Assembly (NCBI GenBank): GCA_010015585.1
Contig: ML975158.1
Length of the DNA stretch: 51,743 bases
Direction: 5' to 3' (one strand)
DNA from: Eremomyces bilateralis CBS 781.70
Taxonomy: Eukaryota
A model generated the notes under the pieces. It saw only the letters and a list, made by a program, of their open reading frames with translations. It was not told where the DNA came from and did not search any database. Shown here in pieces: positions 1 to 12,527 of the stretch; position 1 is the stretch's first letter, and every line of letters starts with the position of its first letter. The position numbers and the translations under genes are program-made.

Positions 1-1045
1 TGATTGTGAATCAGATCATGAGTCAGACACACAGTGAGAGCAGGGCGGTGACAGAAAAATTCTTTCTATTATCGGTAATGATATTGGTATATGGATTTTT
101 CGTCCTTCAACTGTTTCCTCTGATGTGTCTAGAGCTTCCACGGCGTGGCTAGTTATGATCTATTGTAAGAAGGCCAGCTCTCAGGAGAAGTAAGGCGGGT
201 AGAGCGAAACCTGCCACCGCTTCCACAGCACGACCGCAGCGGTAGCAGGGCACGAAGTCTAGCACTGACAGGCGGCACGGGGTCAGAAGAGCCGCTTTCA
301 AATCGGACGGCGACCACCTCCTAACTACCCCATTGCCGCCCCGCTGCTGGGCTCCATGTCCTCGGTACCTGGTCCCGGGAGGTCGATCCATTCAGTGTAG
401 CCGTTTGTGAGGCGCCCTCTTGCGGAAGTCGATGAATGGGATCAGCTCACCGAGGAGAGGGAGCTAAGGGAGGAGGTAACAAAGAAGATGAGACGAAGAA
501 GTGGGCGGCGACGATGAAGAAAGAAGAGGCGAAGAATTGGGGGGGAGAGGCGGGAGTAGAATCGGAGGTATAGAGAAAAGGAGAGATGGAGGAGCAGGAG
601 AGGAAATGGGATCAGGATAGGTATAAGAGGAGACGGAAGCAACTCCGCGTAGAGCGGCAACCTCGGGCTCCATTGGAGCAGCTAATCTGGTTATAGCTGG
701 CCAATCCTGGAATGGGTGTATAAACATATTCCAATCACTATATGCCTCTGGAAATGGCAATGAAAAGTGTACATAATCCGAGCATAGTCAATGGTTAGAT
801 CAACGAGGCCGCGATGGATCAAAGACCACAGAAGCTCGGGCGCCATAGTCGTATTGGACACACCTAGCTAGTATATACCTCACCACCAAAACCATCTCCC
901 GCTCCAACTCGGCTATCGATCGGTCCCCAGAAAGGTATCGAACTCCGAAACAATGCTGCCGTAAGTCGTGACCAACGCCAACCGGAAAACTCCACCGCAT
1001 GCAATGAAAACGCCGGTCAAATACCCGGCGTTACTCTACCCTCCG

Positions 1046-2430
1046 CTACTCTCCTCCCCTTGGCCCCTGCCGCAACGGCATCATCGTCCTTATCGCCCCC
1101 TTAAAATGCACATACCGATCCGTCCGCGGATCATAGAACGCCACCGTATCGATCGTCGACCGCCCGTTCGTCCCGATCGTCTCCACCAGCCCCGTCACCA
1201 CCACCGTCCCGCGCGGCGCTTCCATATTTGCCTTGTCCTGCATCGACGCGACCGTGAGCGCGCGCCGGAAGATGCGGGTGATGGATTGGTCGTCGGTGCC
1301 GGGCATCTGGAGAACGCCGGGAAGGCGGGGGAATTTGCTGTTGGTTTCGGGGGTTTGGCCTTGCGCGTTGTCATTCGCGTCGTCGGCGGTGAGGCCGCCT
1401 GTGCGTGGGGTGTTTGGTCGCGGCGGGCCGTCTACGACGCGCTCGAAATCGACGTTAGTGCGGCGCTTTTTCTGGGTGATGCTGGGGGAGTCGGCGTCGT
1501 CGGACGGGTCGCCGGGTGCGGACAACATGCCTCTGAATCGCTTGATCTGCTGTTGGTAGATGGCCTGGAAGCTGTCGTAGGACGCCTGCAGCATGCCGAC
1601 GGGCATGAAGATGCGCTGGCGTTTGCGGTATTCTTCTTGGGAGAGCGTGCGGGCGGCCCAGGCGATGTAGTTTGGAGCGAATACAAGTCTGTCCGCTGTT
1701 AGATGTAGAACTTTCGAGCATGTTAGGACGCGGCTTACCCCGTCTGCTCATACTCCGGAGCTGGGCCGTCGGGGAAGACGACGTCGAGCCAGAACTTCCC
1801 CTTCTTGACATCCACCTGCCCCACCATCTTAAACCGTGGATCGTTCATCATCTGCGTCCGGACGAAATATGCGAGTGCCCCTGGTGCGGTCAGTCTATGT
1901 CCCTTGAGCGGAGCGTCTTACTCACGTCGAATATCCACCAACTTCTGCCGATCCGCGGCCAATTTTTTGAAATCCTGCCATTCCGGGTCCGATCCCTTGT
2001 AAAACGTCTTGGGCAGCTGTGTCGTGGGCCCGAGAGGGATGAACAGAAGATTTCCGTCGTTCATTACGATCGTCTCGCCTTCTTCGGGCGGCTGCCCTTC
2101 GCCCTCCTGCAGTTCCACTTCCTCTTCCTCCTCTTCCGTCTCCTCGATCTCGACTTTGAAGAAGTAGCCGAATGCGGATTGGACGGCCACGACCACTATA
2201 GCGGTTTTAAGCGCCCATATGGCCAACCGCCTACACCTATCAGCCTCGTTCATGGCGACGGCTCGAGGGACTTACCTGGTTGTGTACCGTGGCGAGGCAA
2301 ACTTGACGGTTTGGATATGCTGATGGCCCGAATCATTGTGGTATCTCCGGAATTGAGGGTGATAGAAGGTGAGTGGTCTTCGAGTGCGTGTCAACGCTCT
2401 GACGGCGCTTGAGGTTCGGTACATCCTCAT
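1046..2430 (-). CDS. Conserved fungal hypothetical protein, 4 exons, probably mitochondrial
   Basis: ATG at 2430 gives an Arg-rich presequence-like N-terminus (MRMYRTSSAVRALTRTRR). GT-AG introns (first 2275-2231) join the reading frames of ORFs 1918-2253 and 1046-1606 through an exon reading KGKFWLDVVFPDGPAPEYEQTG. Confidence 0.65.
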
Positions 2431-2768
2431 GAATAGCGGGAATGGAGGGTGAGGCGCATGTGTTGAGACGGGTTAGGACGGCATCCAGGAACATGTGGGT
2501 TAGCGTAGAATGGCAAACATAGAGGAGGATTTGAGGTGTAGAAAGTTGTGTACATAGATGAAAGCAACGTTAATCGGAATGACGACAAGAAATCAATCGC
2601 AAATCACCCGGTCGATGCCTTAAGTCTTAAGTCTTGAGGCTTGACGTTGCTCAGTTGATCGCCATCACGTGACCCTCATATTCCATCACGAAAGTTGAGA
2701 TTCCGACTCCTTCCCCCAGAATATATCCACCATCCCATCCGAGCAATCGAATAGCGTTTGTCGCGCCA

Positions 2769-3632
2769 ATGTTGGGATCCATGTGGTCCAAGTCCTTATT
2801 CTCAGCGCCCCTCCGCTCAATAGCAGGCGAATCTCTCCTCCGATTCCAGCCATGCCTCCGTCTCCTCCCCATCTCCCAGGTCCGAAACGCCGCCCACGCC
2901 GCTGAAGGACGAGCCAATGGAGCGAAGAAGGGAGCGGGAAAACGATTGGGGTTGAAAAAAGGAGCTGGTATGTTATGGGTGGACAGTTTGGCTGAAAAAT
3001 GCTGGGTTGGGGTACTTCTAACAATCGCAATAGAGGAACTCGTCGTGCCAGGCGTCATTATATTTCGACAGCGAGGGTCAAAATGGCATCCGGGCGAGAA
3101 CTGCGCTATGGGCCGCGACCACACCATCTACGCGACCGAGAAAGGATACGTCAAGTACTACAGAGACCCCAATCGGAATCCGAAGAAGAAGTACATCGGG
3201 GTGGTGTTCGAACGACATTGGCGCCTGCCGGTCCCCGTTGGTGAACCACGCCGACGACGTCTGGGAATGCTCGCCGTCCCTCGGGAGTCAGAAGGACAAG
3301 TGGGTTCGCTGAGCCCGTTGACACCCGCCGGTCTGGACGGAGAAGCCGCCGGACTACCCGGCGTGGCCGTCGCGGCAACATCCCCGGAAGAAAGCAGCAT
3401 GGGAGAGGGCGAGCTCGCCAAGCGCCGCAGACGAAAAGACTACGTGGTCCGCGAATCGAACTGGGAGATCGGCCGCACGGCCGAGAAGGCCGGGGTGACG
3501 GCGACGAAGTTCGTGCGCAAGGATCGGTTCCGCGCGTGGCGGCGGGCGGCGGCGCGACATCGGCGCATTTCGGAGACCAAGTCAGTGGGGAGGAAGGCGA
3601 AGAAGGGGAAACAGGGGAAGGTTAAGAAATAG
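2769..3632 (+). CDS. MRP7: Mitochondrial ribosomal protein bL27m
   Basis: L27 motifs GKRLGLKK and GVIIFRQRGSKWHPGENCAMGRDHTIYA; one 66 nt intron 2968-3033 (GTATGT...CTAAC...TAG). Confidence 0.93.
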   Translation: MLGSMWSKSLFSAPLRSIAGESLLRFQPCLRLLPISQVRNAAHAAEGRANGAKKGAGKRLGLKKGAGMLWVDSLAEKCWVGVLLTIAIEELVVPGVIIFRQRGSKWHPGENCAMGRDHTIYATEKGYVKYYRDPNRNPKKKYIGVVFERHWRLPVPVGEPRRRRLGMLAVPRESEGQVGSLSPLTPAGLDGEAAGLPGVAVAATSPEESSMGEGELAKRRRRKDYVVRESNWEIGRTAEKAGVTATKFVRKDRFRAWRRAAARHRRISETKSVGRKAKKGKQGKVKK

Positions 3633-4009
3633 GGGGGATAGGTGGGGTGGAAGTGAAGGCAGGCCGGGCGTGGATGGGGTTGGATGTCTATGCTTTGGTG
3701 ATGTACAATATTTTACAATGACTGTGAGGGATACGCGGTCGCTATGTACAATACAGGATTTGAAAGCAAATCATTCGCCGTTCCCTGCTATCGCTCGATG
3801 AATCCTGGAAACCAGCGGAATAAAGCGGTGATGTGCTTCCCCTCCAATGCTATCGGTGGCTATGGGGAATCCAACGCTCGAGCGAACTGAAGGACCCGAT
3901 ATGAGACCCAAGGTATCTGGACCCTGGACCATTCGAACCATCCCCTAAATCTCACCGCTGTGCCCAATTCAATTCTCAGTAATTTTGCTTCGATCGTCGG
4001 TGGCACAAC

Positions 4010-4865
4010 TCAAATCTTCAGAGATTTCAAAATCTGACTGTCAAAGACCGCCTTCGCAGCGGCACCGCCATGCTCCAGCGCAATCGCTCCGATGATGGCA
4101 TACATGGCCTGCGCAAGGACCGAATCAATACCCGATTCCTTAAGGTTGTCCGGCTACAAAGAAGTCAGCATTTTCACCCAGGGATCGTATATCTCAGCTG
4201 CGTACCATTCGAGGAGTCCATCTCACGACGTGGTTCAAACCATATGTCTCCGCGAGCGGGGCTATTCGCGTAGGACTCAAGATCTCCAATTTCCGGGCCG
4301 GTGACAAATTGTCCAATTGATCAAGGGCAGGGTGCGTGAAAGGCGTCCGTCCATAAGGGTCCGGAATAGGTGTGACAGCATGGCTCGGTTGTAGCAGTGC
4401 GAGTGACGTCTGCAGGTCCGCGATCCGTTTGCCTGCAACTGGTTAGTCTCTGGCGACGATTCCTTTCATTGTTCTCATACCCATATACGCTAATCGCGCG
4501 TTGTAACCCCGGGCGCCCTGATCGAAGCTCTTATGTGTGATGGCGATCCACCGCACCTCCTCCGATGGCACCAGTTCCGGTCTGCTCCCCAGAAATCGCC
4601 GGTAGAAGTCGTCGAGGACTTTCGGGTCGTCGTTCACAGTGAAAGGGAGGTTACTCCTCGACGCCCGTAGTCGCACGGGTGCCCGCAAAGAGGGAGGCGT
4701 CTGTTGCCATCGCGGACGATATGGCTCGTGTTCCCCTTGATTTGATTTTGCGGATGTTGAGAAGGGACATTTATAGAGTGCCCGTGTTGAGCTCGAGGCG
4801 GATTTAGGGAGACATCGTGATGGGAGTTGTCGCACGGCACATGCGACACGCGGAGTTGCCGACAT
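4010..4865 (-). CDS. MRPL15: Mitochondrial ribosomal protein mL57 (RNase III-like fold), 3 exons
   Basis: VNDDPKVLDDFY, WIAITHKSFDQGARGYNARLAYMG; spliced downstream exons read KRIADLQTSLALL and ESGIDSVLAQAMYAIIGAIALEHGG; stop at 4010-4012. Confidence 0.85.
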
Positions 4866-5275
4866 TGGATACCTTTCAGTGAAGAGAAGCGCAGGCTCCT
4901 TTCCAAATAGGAGTTTTCTAGGCTTAAGATAGCAAATGCACCCAAATCAAGAAACCAAGCGGATGGAAGACGTGAATGCGTGGATGTCCAAAAACTTGAT
5001 CGGCCAATCACATGCCATAGGTCGAGTCACGTGCTCTCAGAAAAGCTTTCCCACCTCGTATTCCGTAAGACAAAACACCAACGAACGAATGCCGAATGTA
5101 CCTAGGGATAGCTGGAGAAGGTCGGAGATTTCGACACTAGTTAAAGAGGAAAGCCAAGATCCCCTTCAAAAGGAGAGCATGTGAATATTTGTTAGATGTG
5201 TAAACGGCCAACTGTCATGTATTGTAGGAAGAAATTACGCCCCTGCCGCCGTTTGAGTGAGCAGATCTTAGCATA

Positions 5276-8200
5276 ATGAAGTTTGCAAAGTGCGTCTAAA
5301 CAAGCTCCTTTATTGCGGTCACCTTGATAACACTCAATTGCAGAGAACTTGAAGCGGAGCTGGTCCCAGAATGGAGGGCGAAGTACATGAATTACAAGGT
5401 ATCAAATGAACCCCCATGTGCATATTACGACATCACCACTAACAACGCGCAGGAAGGGAAGAAGAGGTTGAAAGCACTTGCTCGGGCGTACCGTAATCTC
5501 ACTGGAACACCCCGAGCAGCATTGAGCGCGAAGCGCAAAGGTATATTTACGCCTCGCTTCACAAACGACGCAATCCGTCCCCAAAATTTGCTTCAATCGG
5601 CCGAGGAAGACACTGCTAGGCGCAACTTCCCAAATCGAAATGCAGCGCGGACGCCAGACGCCGCATCTGCCAAATCTCCTGAGCGGAACTTAGCGACAGA
5701 GCCCCCGAATCCGATCAACGTCCCCGGCCGAGCAGCGGAGAAGCAGCCGCTCCACGAAAGCCCCGACTACTCCGGCTTCGGGAGATATGGAAGCATCATC
5801 GGTACCCCACCAGAAGAGAGCGACCTCCCCGAACTCCAGAAAGGGCTGCCGTCACTAGAACTTCCAGGCCCCGCGCTCCACTCGTCGGCAGCGTCGCATG
5901 CGTCGCGTGCGTCCAAAGAACAGCAGCAGGGCCCGGCTGTGTCTGGGGACGATCGACGAGGTCCGGGGGAGTTAGGGCGCACACCCACGACCGTGCTCGA
6001 GCCGATCGAGGCGCGGAGTCCGGCGCAAAATTCATTACGCGCTGGGACCGTGAATCCGTCGATTTTCAGGCGCTCGACAACGGCGGACCGTGACAGGCGG
6101 CCTTCGTTGCTGAGGAGGGTGACCTTAAGCGGACAGCCATCGACGCCATCCCACTCGCCTGACGTCCCGGTTGAAGCGCATCGGGAATTGGATTTCCGTC
6201 AATATGAGTTTCACCGCTTCCTTAACGAGCAACTGGATAAGATCGAGCTGTTCTACCGAGAGAAGGAGGTCGAAGCTACGGAACGTCTGGTTGTTTTGCG
6301 GCAACAGCTCCACATCATGCGAGATCAGCGATTACAAGAGCTGCAGAGCGCGAAGGGGGGAAATAAGTCTTCTTCCAACGAAACCGGCGATGCCAATGAT
6401 CCCCGATCGGGCGAGGCGGCAAGCTATTCTCAGAATGGCGAAACCAATCTACGAAATGTATGGACTAAGCCATTGGTCGCCGCCAAGGACCGAGTGAGCG
6501 GAAGGCGATTCGGGAAGACGACCCACGCCATGCAAGGCCTTGCCACTCCCGAAGGTCCCTCCGGAAACGACCTGAGTCGCGATTACACGCGCCGTTCCAC
6601 CGCTCCCGAGGTGCCGTACCGCACCGCCAAACCCAAGCTCAAGCTCGCCCTCCAAGAATACTACCGCGGCCTCGAACTGCTGAAGTCATACGTCCTCCTC
6701 AACCGCACCGCCTTCCGCAAGATCAACAAGAAATACGACAAGCTCTTGAACACCAAGTCGCCCATGCGGTTCATGAACGGGCGGGTGAACAAGGCGTGGT
6801 TCGTTCAGAGCGACGTGCTCGACAGGCATATCAAGGCGGTGGAGGACCTGTATGCGCGCTACTTCGAGCGGGGGAGCCATAAGATCGCCGCGGGGAAGCT
6901 GCGGGCGAAGATGGTGAAACATGGGGAGTTCGGGGGGAATATGTTTCGGAATGGACTGATGCTGGGGCTTGGGGCTGTCTTTGGGATTCAAGCTCTGGTT
7001 CGCGCCGCTATCTCGCTATATAGTGACGACGAGGACTTCGCTGAGCAGACGGGGTATTTGCTGCAGGTTCGTTTGGTCATGACCGCAATTCTGATACGTG
7101 CTAACGTCTCTAGATATATGGTGGCTACTTCATGATATTGGCGCACTTCTTCCTCTTCTGCCTTGCTTGTCGGTTTTGGGCGAAGTCGAAGATCAACTAT
7201 GTCTTCGTGTTCGAGTTCGATAACCGATCCCACTTGGACTGGCGACAAGTGACCCAGGTAAATCGATTGCAATGCTGCACATTCTTCAGACTAAACCGTT
7301 CTAGCTTCCTTCTTTCTTCACGCTCCTGTTGGGCCTGACCATGTGGTTCAATTTCGAGATCGTCCCTGGTGGAGAGACGCTATATCTCTATTGGCCGGTT
7401 ATTCTGATGGGCATCACGATCATCCTTATGTTTCTGCCAGTACCTTACTTTTACCACAAGACAAGGCAGTGGTTACTATATACCCTAGTAAGTCCGTACA
7501 TGATTGAGAGGGGCATGAACTTACCTTGCCAGTGGCGCCTCTTCTTCTCCGGATTATACCCCGTTGAGTTCCGTGACTTTTTCATGGGCGACATGCTCTG
7601 TTCTCAAACATATAGCATGGGTGTAAGTGGGGTTGAATCATCCTACCGGAAAATACTAATAAAACCCAGAATATCGAGCTCTTCTTCTGCCTTTACGCGC
7701 AGGATTGGGACGAGCCGCCGATGTGCAACTCGAACCACTCACGACTCCTTGGGTTCTTCACTACCTTGCCTGGCATCTGGCGCGCGCTTCAATGCCTTCG
7801 TCGTTATAAAGATACCCGTAACGTCTTCCCACACCTAGTGAATTTCGGCAAATATACGTTCACGATCCTGCAATACATGTCCTTGAGTCTATATCGCATA
7901 GATAGATCCACAGGATACCTAGCGCTCTTCATCGCCGTGTCTTCTATCAATAGTATATATTGCAGCATCTGGGACCTGGCAATGGATTGGAGTAAGTCTT
8001 CCACACCAACAGATGGCACCATGCTTACCAAACCAGGCCTCCTCGACCCCTACGCCCCCAACCGCTTCCTCCGAAAAACCCTCGGATACCGCCAACCCTG
8101 GATCTATTACACCGCCATGCTCCTCGACCCCATCCTCCGCTTCAATTGGATCTTTTATGTCATCTTCTCCTCCGACCTCCAACACTCCGCCCTCCTCTCC

Positions 8201-8692
8201 TTCGTCCTCTCCCTCTCCGAGATCCTCCGCCGCGGCATGTGGACCCTCTTCCGCGTCGAAAACGAACACTGCACCAACGTTGGCCGCTTCCGCGCCTCGC
8301 GCGACGTGCCCTTACCGTTCTCCCTGCCCGACTCGTCGGCCACGTCGCTGCTGGGTGGGCCGGACGCTCAGGCTGAAGCGGCGGCGCAGGAGCCGGGCCG
8401 ACCGGCGACTGGGGAACCGGAGGAACCGATTGCGCTGGATCGTACACATACCGCGACGGGAGTTGATGTTGAACAGGCTGACATGAACCCGGTGCGTCGT
8501 CATGCGCGGAGCTTCGCGACGCACCCGAGCCCGATGGTAAGGGGGTTGTCGACCATGGCGGTGCATATGCATGAGGCGCATGCGCAGGACTTCGAGAGGA
8601 AGAAGGTGCAGGATACTGGGGAGGAGGAGGCGAGCTCGGATGAAGATGGTGTGGAGGAGGATGAGGAGGGTGGTTTGGATGGGAAATGCTAA
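5276..8692 (+). CDS. SYG1: SPX-EXS domain protein (SYG1/XPR1/PHO1 family), multi-exon
   Basis: Spliced N-terminus MKFAK-ELEAELVPEWRAKYMNYK; SPX motif LNRTAFRKINKKYDK; EXS motifs PVEFRDFFMGDMLCS and EILRRGMWTLFRVENEH. Confidence 0.93.
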
Positions 8693-8844
8693 GGATGAAG
8701 AGATACTGTCGGGGGAGAGAGCAGGGAGCCTAAAGGAAAAGAGCAGCGCGTTTTCGATTTCCAACGCCTGTAAATGATTATCCGGTATCCTGTTCAACTC
8801 ATAATATAGTCTACGATGCCATCCACCATCCGCCATGCAACCCT

Positions 8845-9947
8845 CTAATCGATCTCCCGAATGATATCCGCCGGTATCAGCCGATCCTTCTCAATCACCC
8901 CCGCCTTCGCCAACAAATCAATCGTCAACCGAATCACCCGTTGATCCACCTTCCTCACATCCGTCGGAAACTCCACCGTCTTCATCCATGCCCGCGCGTC
9001 CGCCGCACTGTAATCCAACTGCGTGCTGATATACTCCACCGCCTCCTCCCCGTTCTGATTGAAGTGCTCCACCCCCTTATTCAACCGCTTCGCAAAGTCT
9101 CCCAGCCGCCAATCCTCCGGATCCGCCGCTACGATCTTCCAGCTGCTCCATGGCGTGTCGATCCACCCGATGTTCTCGATTGCTCCCTGCTCGTAGTAGC
9201 GGTTGGACGTGTAGTGCTCCCACATGAAGAAGTCGGCTTTCCCCGAGTTAACAGCGTCGCGGAGCCCTTGGAAGTTATCGGCGGGGATCACCTCGAAAGG
9301 CGAGGTGGTGTGGCGGAGCCAGCCGCGCGTGTCGGCGAGGACGTAGCCCATGACGTAGGAGCCGCTAGGGAGGTAAGTGTCAAGTCCGATGAGCGTTCAA
9401 TTCGGAAATTACCTTCCTATCCGACTCACGCCCATTTTCTTCCCCTGCAGCGCGGACGATTCATCGCCCCCGAGCTTCGCTTTAAACTCGCCTTTCCGTC
9501 CTTTGCCCGTGCTGATCGCCCAGCTGAGCGGGGTCGAGACGTATGTGCCGACGATTTTGAACGGGAATGGCGGGCCCGGGCTGCCTGCCTTCCCTAGGCC
9601 GGCGACCCAGCCTTCCGTGAGGCCCATGCCGATATCGATGTCTTTGGCTTTGAGGGACTCGACCATGTGGCCGGTGCCTGATGGGAAGGGAATGAGGGAC
9701 GCGTCGAGGCCATAGTGCTTCTGGGCGAAGTGGAGGGGCGTGGAGAAATGCTCTGTTGTAATCTATAAGCTTTGAATATCCGGAATCGTTATTCTCAGGG
9801 AGATTGACCTGGTACGTAGCCTATTCGTAGCTTATCTTGTGCTATTTGGGTGCTTGAGAATGGGCGTGTACTACACCACTGTCGGATACGGGCATTGTCG
9901 CTTCGCAACCTGCGGAGTGGCCGTACGACCAACCGTGAGGTACTCAT
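8845..9947 (-). CDS. Periplasmic-binding-protein type II fold protein (Ca3427/NMT1-like), 3 exons
   Basis: LRIGYVP|EHFSTPLHFA, GTGHM, GLTEGWVAGL, GVSRIGSGSYVM, ADFFMWEHYT, TPWSSW across ORFs 9795-10094, 9409-9666 and 8845-9351; basic N-terminus resembles a mitochondrial presequence. Confidence 0.8.
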
Positions 9948-10741
9948 CTTTGAGTTCAATAACAGAAAAGGAAAGGAATTGCCCAGTTCTATCGCATTTC
10001 TCAAAGATGGAAACGGGTGTTTACGGTATCGGCGACAGACCGGTGGTAGTGGGATGATAAATAGCGTTAGTATGGAGCACGTCACTGTCGTCACACCAGC
10101 CGCGGAGGTTCGGCCCTCATTCCGCAGGGCTATAAAGCTTCACGTGTTTATCAGGGGTTATCCATGCAGCCCCACCTTTTATTGACTTCACACCTCATCG
10201 GCATGTTCATCCGATGTCAAAAAAGACAAACAACAGCAACTCAAGTACAGCATCACAATTCACAATTCATAATTCACATAAGTATCTGAAGTCACCACAT
10301 AAAAGCAGGGTATATGGCCTGTCCTATCTCCCTTTCATGGCTTTTGGCAGATCTGCTCTGGTACTAACACACCCAAGACAAGGCATTATGAATCACGAGG
10401 TATAAGTACTATATATTCCATGGGAATCACAACTAGCAGTGCAGTCTGGCAAGGCCAGCAAGCTCTGGGTGTGATTATGGCCTGGAGAAGATCACTGCAA
10501 GATACAAGATGATCACGGGATGTGAGGGAATTCCCTCGGAGGCTGCTGCCAGCCGTAGCCTGGCCTTCGTTTGTTTGTTCATGTATTATCGCTGCATCAA
10601 TGGACCAGTAACTGTAAACCAGGCTCAGTGTGTGTTGGCATGTTACGCAAACCCCTTCACCTCTTCCACCTTTGAATTAAATTGCCCATCTCACAATCAC
10701 TAGATCTTTCTTCAAATCAACCTATTCCGTGGGCAGAAGGC

Positions 10742-12019
10742 ATGATGGAGGGCCCTAGCACATTGAAATTGTGCACTGTGTGCAACAAATCCAATGCTCA
10801 TTTTTGCAATGGATGCAAGAGCAGCCGCTACTGCTCAAAGGCATGCCAACGTGCTGATTGGCCTCTCCACAAACTCCTCTGCGAAACCTTCTCCGAGTTT
10901 CATATTTCGAGCCGACCATCTGACGAACACTTCCGAGGGATCCTATTTCCTGTGGATGACAAGAAGCCGAGACTCATCTGGCTTCATTGCAAGTGGCGCG
11001 TCGATAATGATGACCACAGCCGGTATCAGTATCCCGAAACTGCCTCATTGCTAGGCGCCGATTATATTAGGACCCCCAAATTAGTCCAGTACAATCCAGT
11101 GCTGAAGAGGCAACTGTCAGATACAATGCGCATCTACCATCGTGACACTTTCCTTATCGATGGATCGAAATCCAACAACAGCATTGCAGCTATTACCGCT
11201 ACCAAACCGGGGCTATACCATGACTGGCGAGGTCCCATCGTTGCTTGTGGCATGGTAGGACTAGGCATCGATCAAATCGCTTGCAAAGACCTTGACATGG
11301 ATCACTTCCGGCATATCACCGACTACTTCCTCTCGTACGGTCGTAAATCTGTACCTGCGACTCAGCAACCTATCGGCCCAAAGATCAAGGCTGTCAGGAT
11401 CAATTGCATCGGCGACCAGAAGATGTTCAATAAACCCGACTTCGAGGCAGTGGAGATTTCTCCTACTGATCCTATATTTTCCAAACCCGATGACACCTCC
11501 GACATTGCAGACCGCATCGGACTACCCATCTTCACCCGGCGCTGTCGTCCCAACCCAAAGTGGGCGAACGATGAGGACAACAAGATCTTCAAACACGAGA
11601 GCCCTTTCAACAATCAGGATGCTACATTCCTACATCTTTGCTGCGATCCGAAGGCTAAGTTCGACCTTAGCAGAGGGGTCATAGGCTGGGCGTGGGCTTC
11701 CCGGCAGTGGCAGAATAGCGTGGGAAGTGTCATCATTGTGCGTCAGGACAAAAAGCCACTGTTTCCATTGCATGCTGAGGCACTATGCAAATACTGTCAC
11801 CACGAGATACGTGCGCTTTTGGCTCACTCTATCGGGGAGTACTCACCAGACGAGCCACTGACAAAGGATGCTGTGCTAGCTATGATCTGCAGGCCTACCT
11901 TCTCTATCTACTGGTACAAGCTTCTTGAGGAGAAAAGCAAAGAAGGGGATAGGACGGCATTGGGCACACCTTTTCCTTACGATATTGATACTATTGAGGA
12001 AGGGAGGACACCTAGTTGA
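10742..12019 (+). CDS. zf-MYND domain protein, intronless
   Basis: CTVC...CNGC...YCSKACQRADWPLHKLLC at the N-terminus, followed by an uncharacterised region of about 380 aa. Confidence 0.85.
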   Translation: MMEGPSTLKLCTVCNKSNAHFCNGCKSSRYCSKACQRADWPLHKLLCETFSEFHISSRPSDEHFRGILFPVDDKKPRLIWLHCKWRVDNDDHSRYQYPETASLLGADYIRTPKLVQYNPVLKRQLSDTMRIYHRDTFLIDGSKSNNSIAAITATKPGLYHDWRGPIVACGMVGLGIDQIACKDLDMDHFRHITDYFLSYGRKSVPATQQPIGPKIKAVRINCIGDQKMFNKPDFEAVEISPTDPIFSKPDDTSDIADRIGLPIFTRRCRPNPKWANDEDNKIFKHESPFNNQDATFLHLCCDPKAKFDLSRGVIGWAWASRQWQNSVGSVIIVRQDKKPLFPLHAEALCKYCHHEIRALLAHSIGEYSPDEPLTKDAVLAMICRPTFSIYWYKLLEEKSKEGDRTALGTPFPYDIDTIEEGRTPS

Positions 12020-12527
12020 GCTGTACTACACTCTGGATCTGTATGCGGACAATCGTTAGTACTACTACCGAATTCAGGTCGATAATAACGATCTTTATCA
12101 ACCATCCCAGTGGCGCAATGTTTCCTGTGCGTATCCGGGGCAGAGTTTGTAAAAGGGGAGTGACTCTTCCTCGGCAACTTTGATTCCTAGAGAGGTGTAC
12201 TCAAGGTCCATCTGGTAGTCAGTCACTACACAGAAGCAAGCTGCCTTGGAGTAGGTATCTACATGCATGTGCCTGGCCAGGCCATCAGATCTCAATCACT
12301 GATACTACTACTACTAAAATTATCAAACCAATAAGCAGAGCCCAAGTCAACAGGCCGCAACACATCGCCCGCTGATAACACACTTCTACTCTCATCCTTC
12401 ATTTCCACTCTCACCTTCACTCTCACCTCAACTCTTACCTCAACTCTCACACCTCCACCCCCGTCACCCTTTCACGTTACAAATTCGACTTCTGCCATGG
12501 TACTATAAGTACTATTTAGATACTGTC

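Noticed and set aside
149..1000. Short low-complexity ORFs at the window start
   Set aside because: No recognisable motif or consistent splice model.
968..2412. Plus-strand ORFs of 244 and 246 aa
   Set aside because: Antisense shadows of the spliced minus-strand gene.
2968..3033. Apparent 22 aa insertion in bL27m (similarly 5399-5452 in SYG1)
   Set aside because: These are ordinary stop-free introns of length 3n with canonical donor, branch and acceptor sites.
12090..12200. Minus-strand HCATGMV motif resembling a cupredoxin-like relic
   Set aside because: Too short and frameshifted to support a call without a search.
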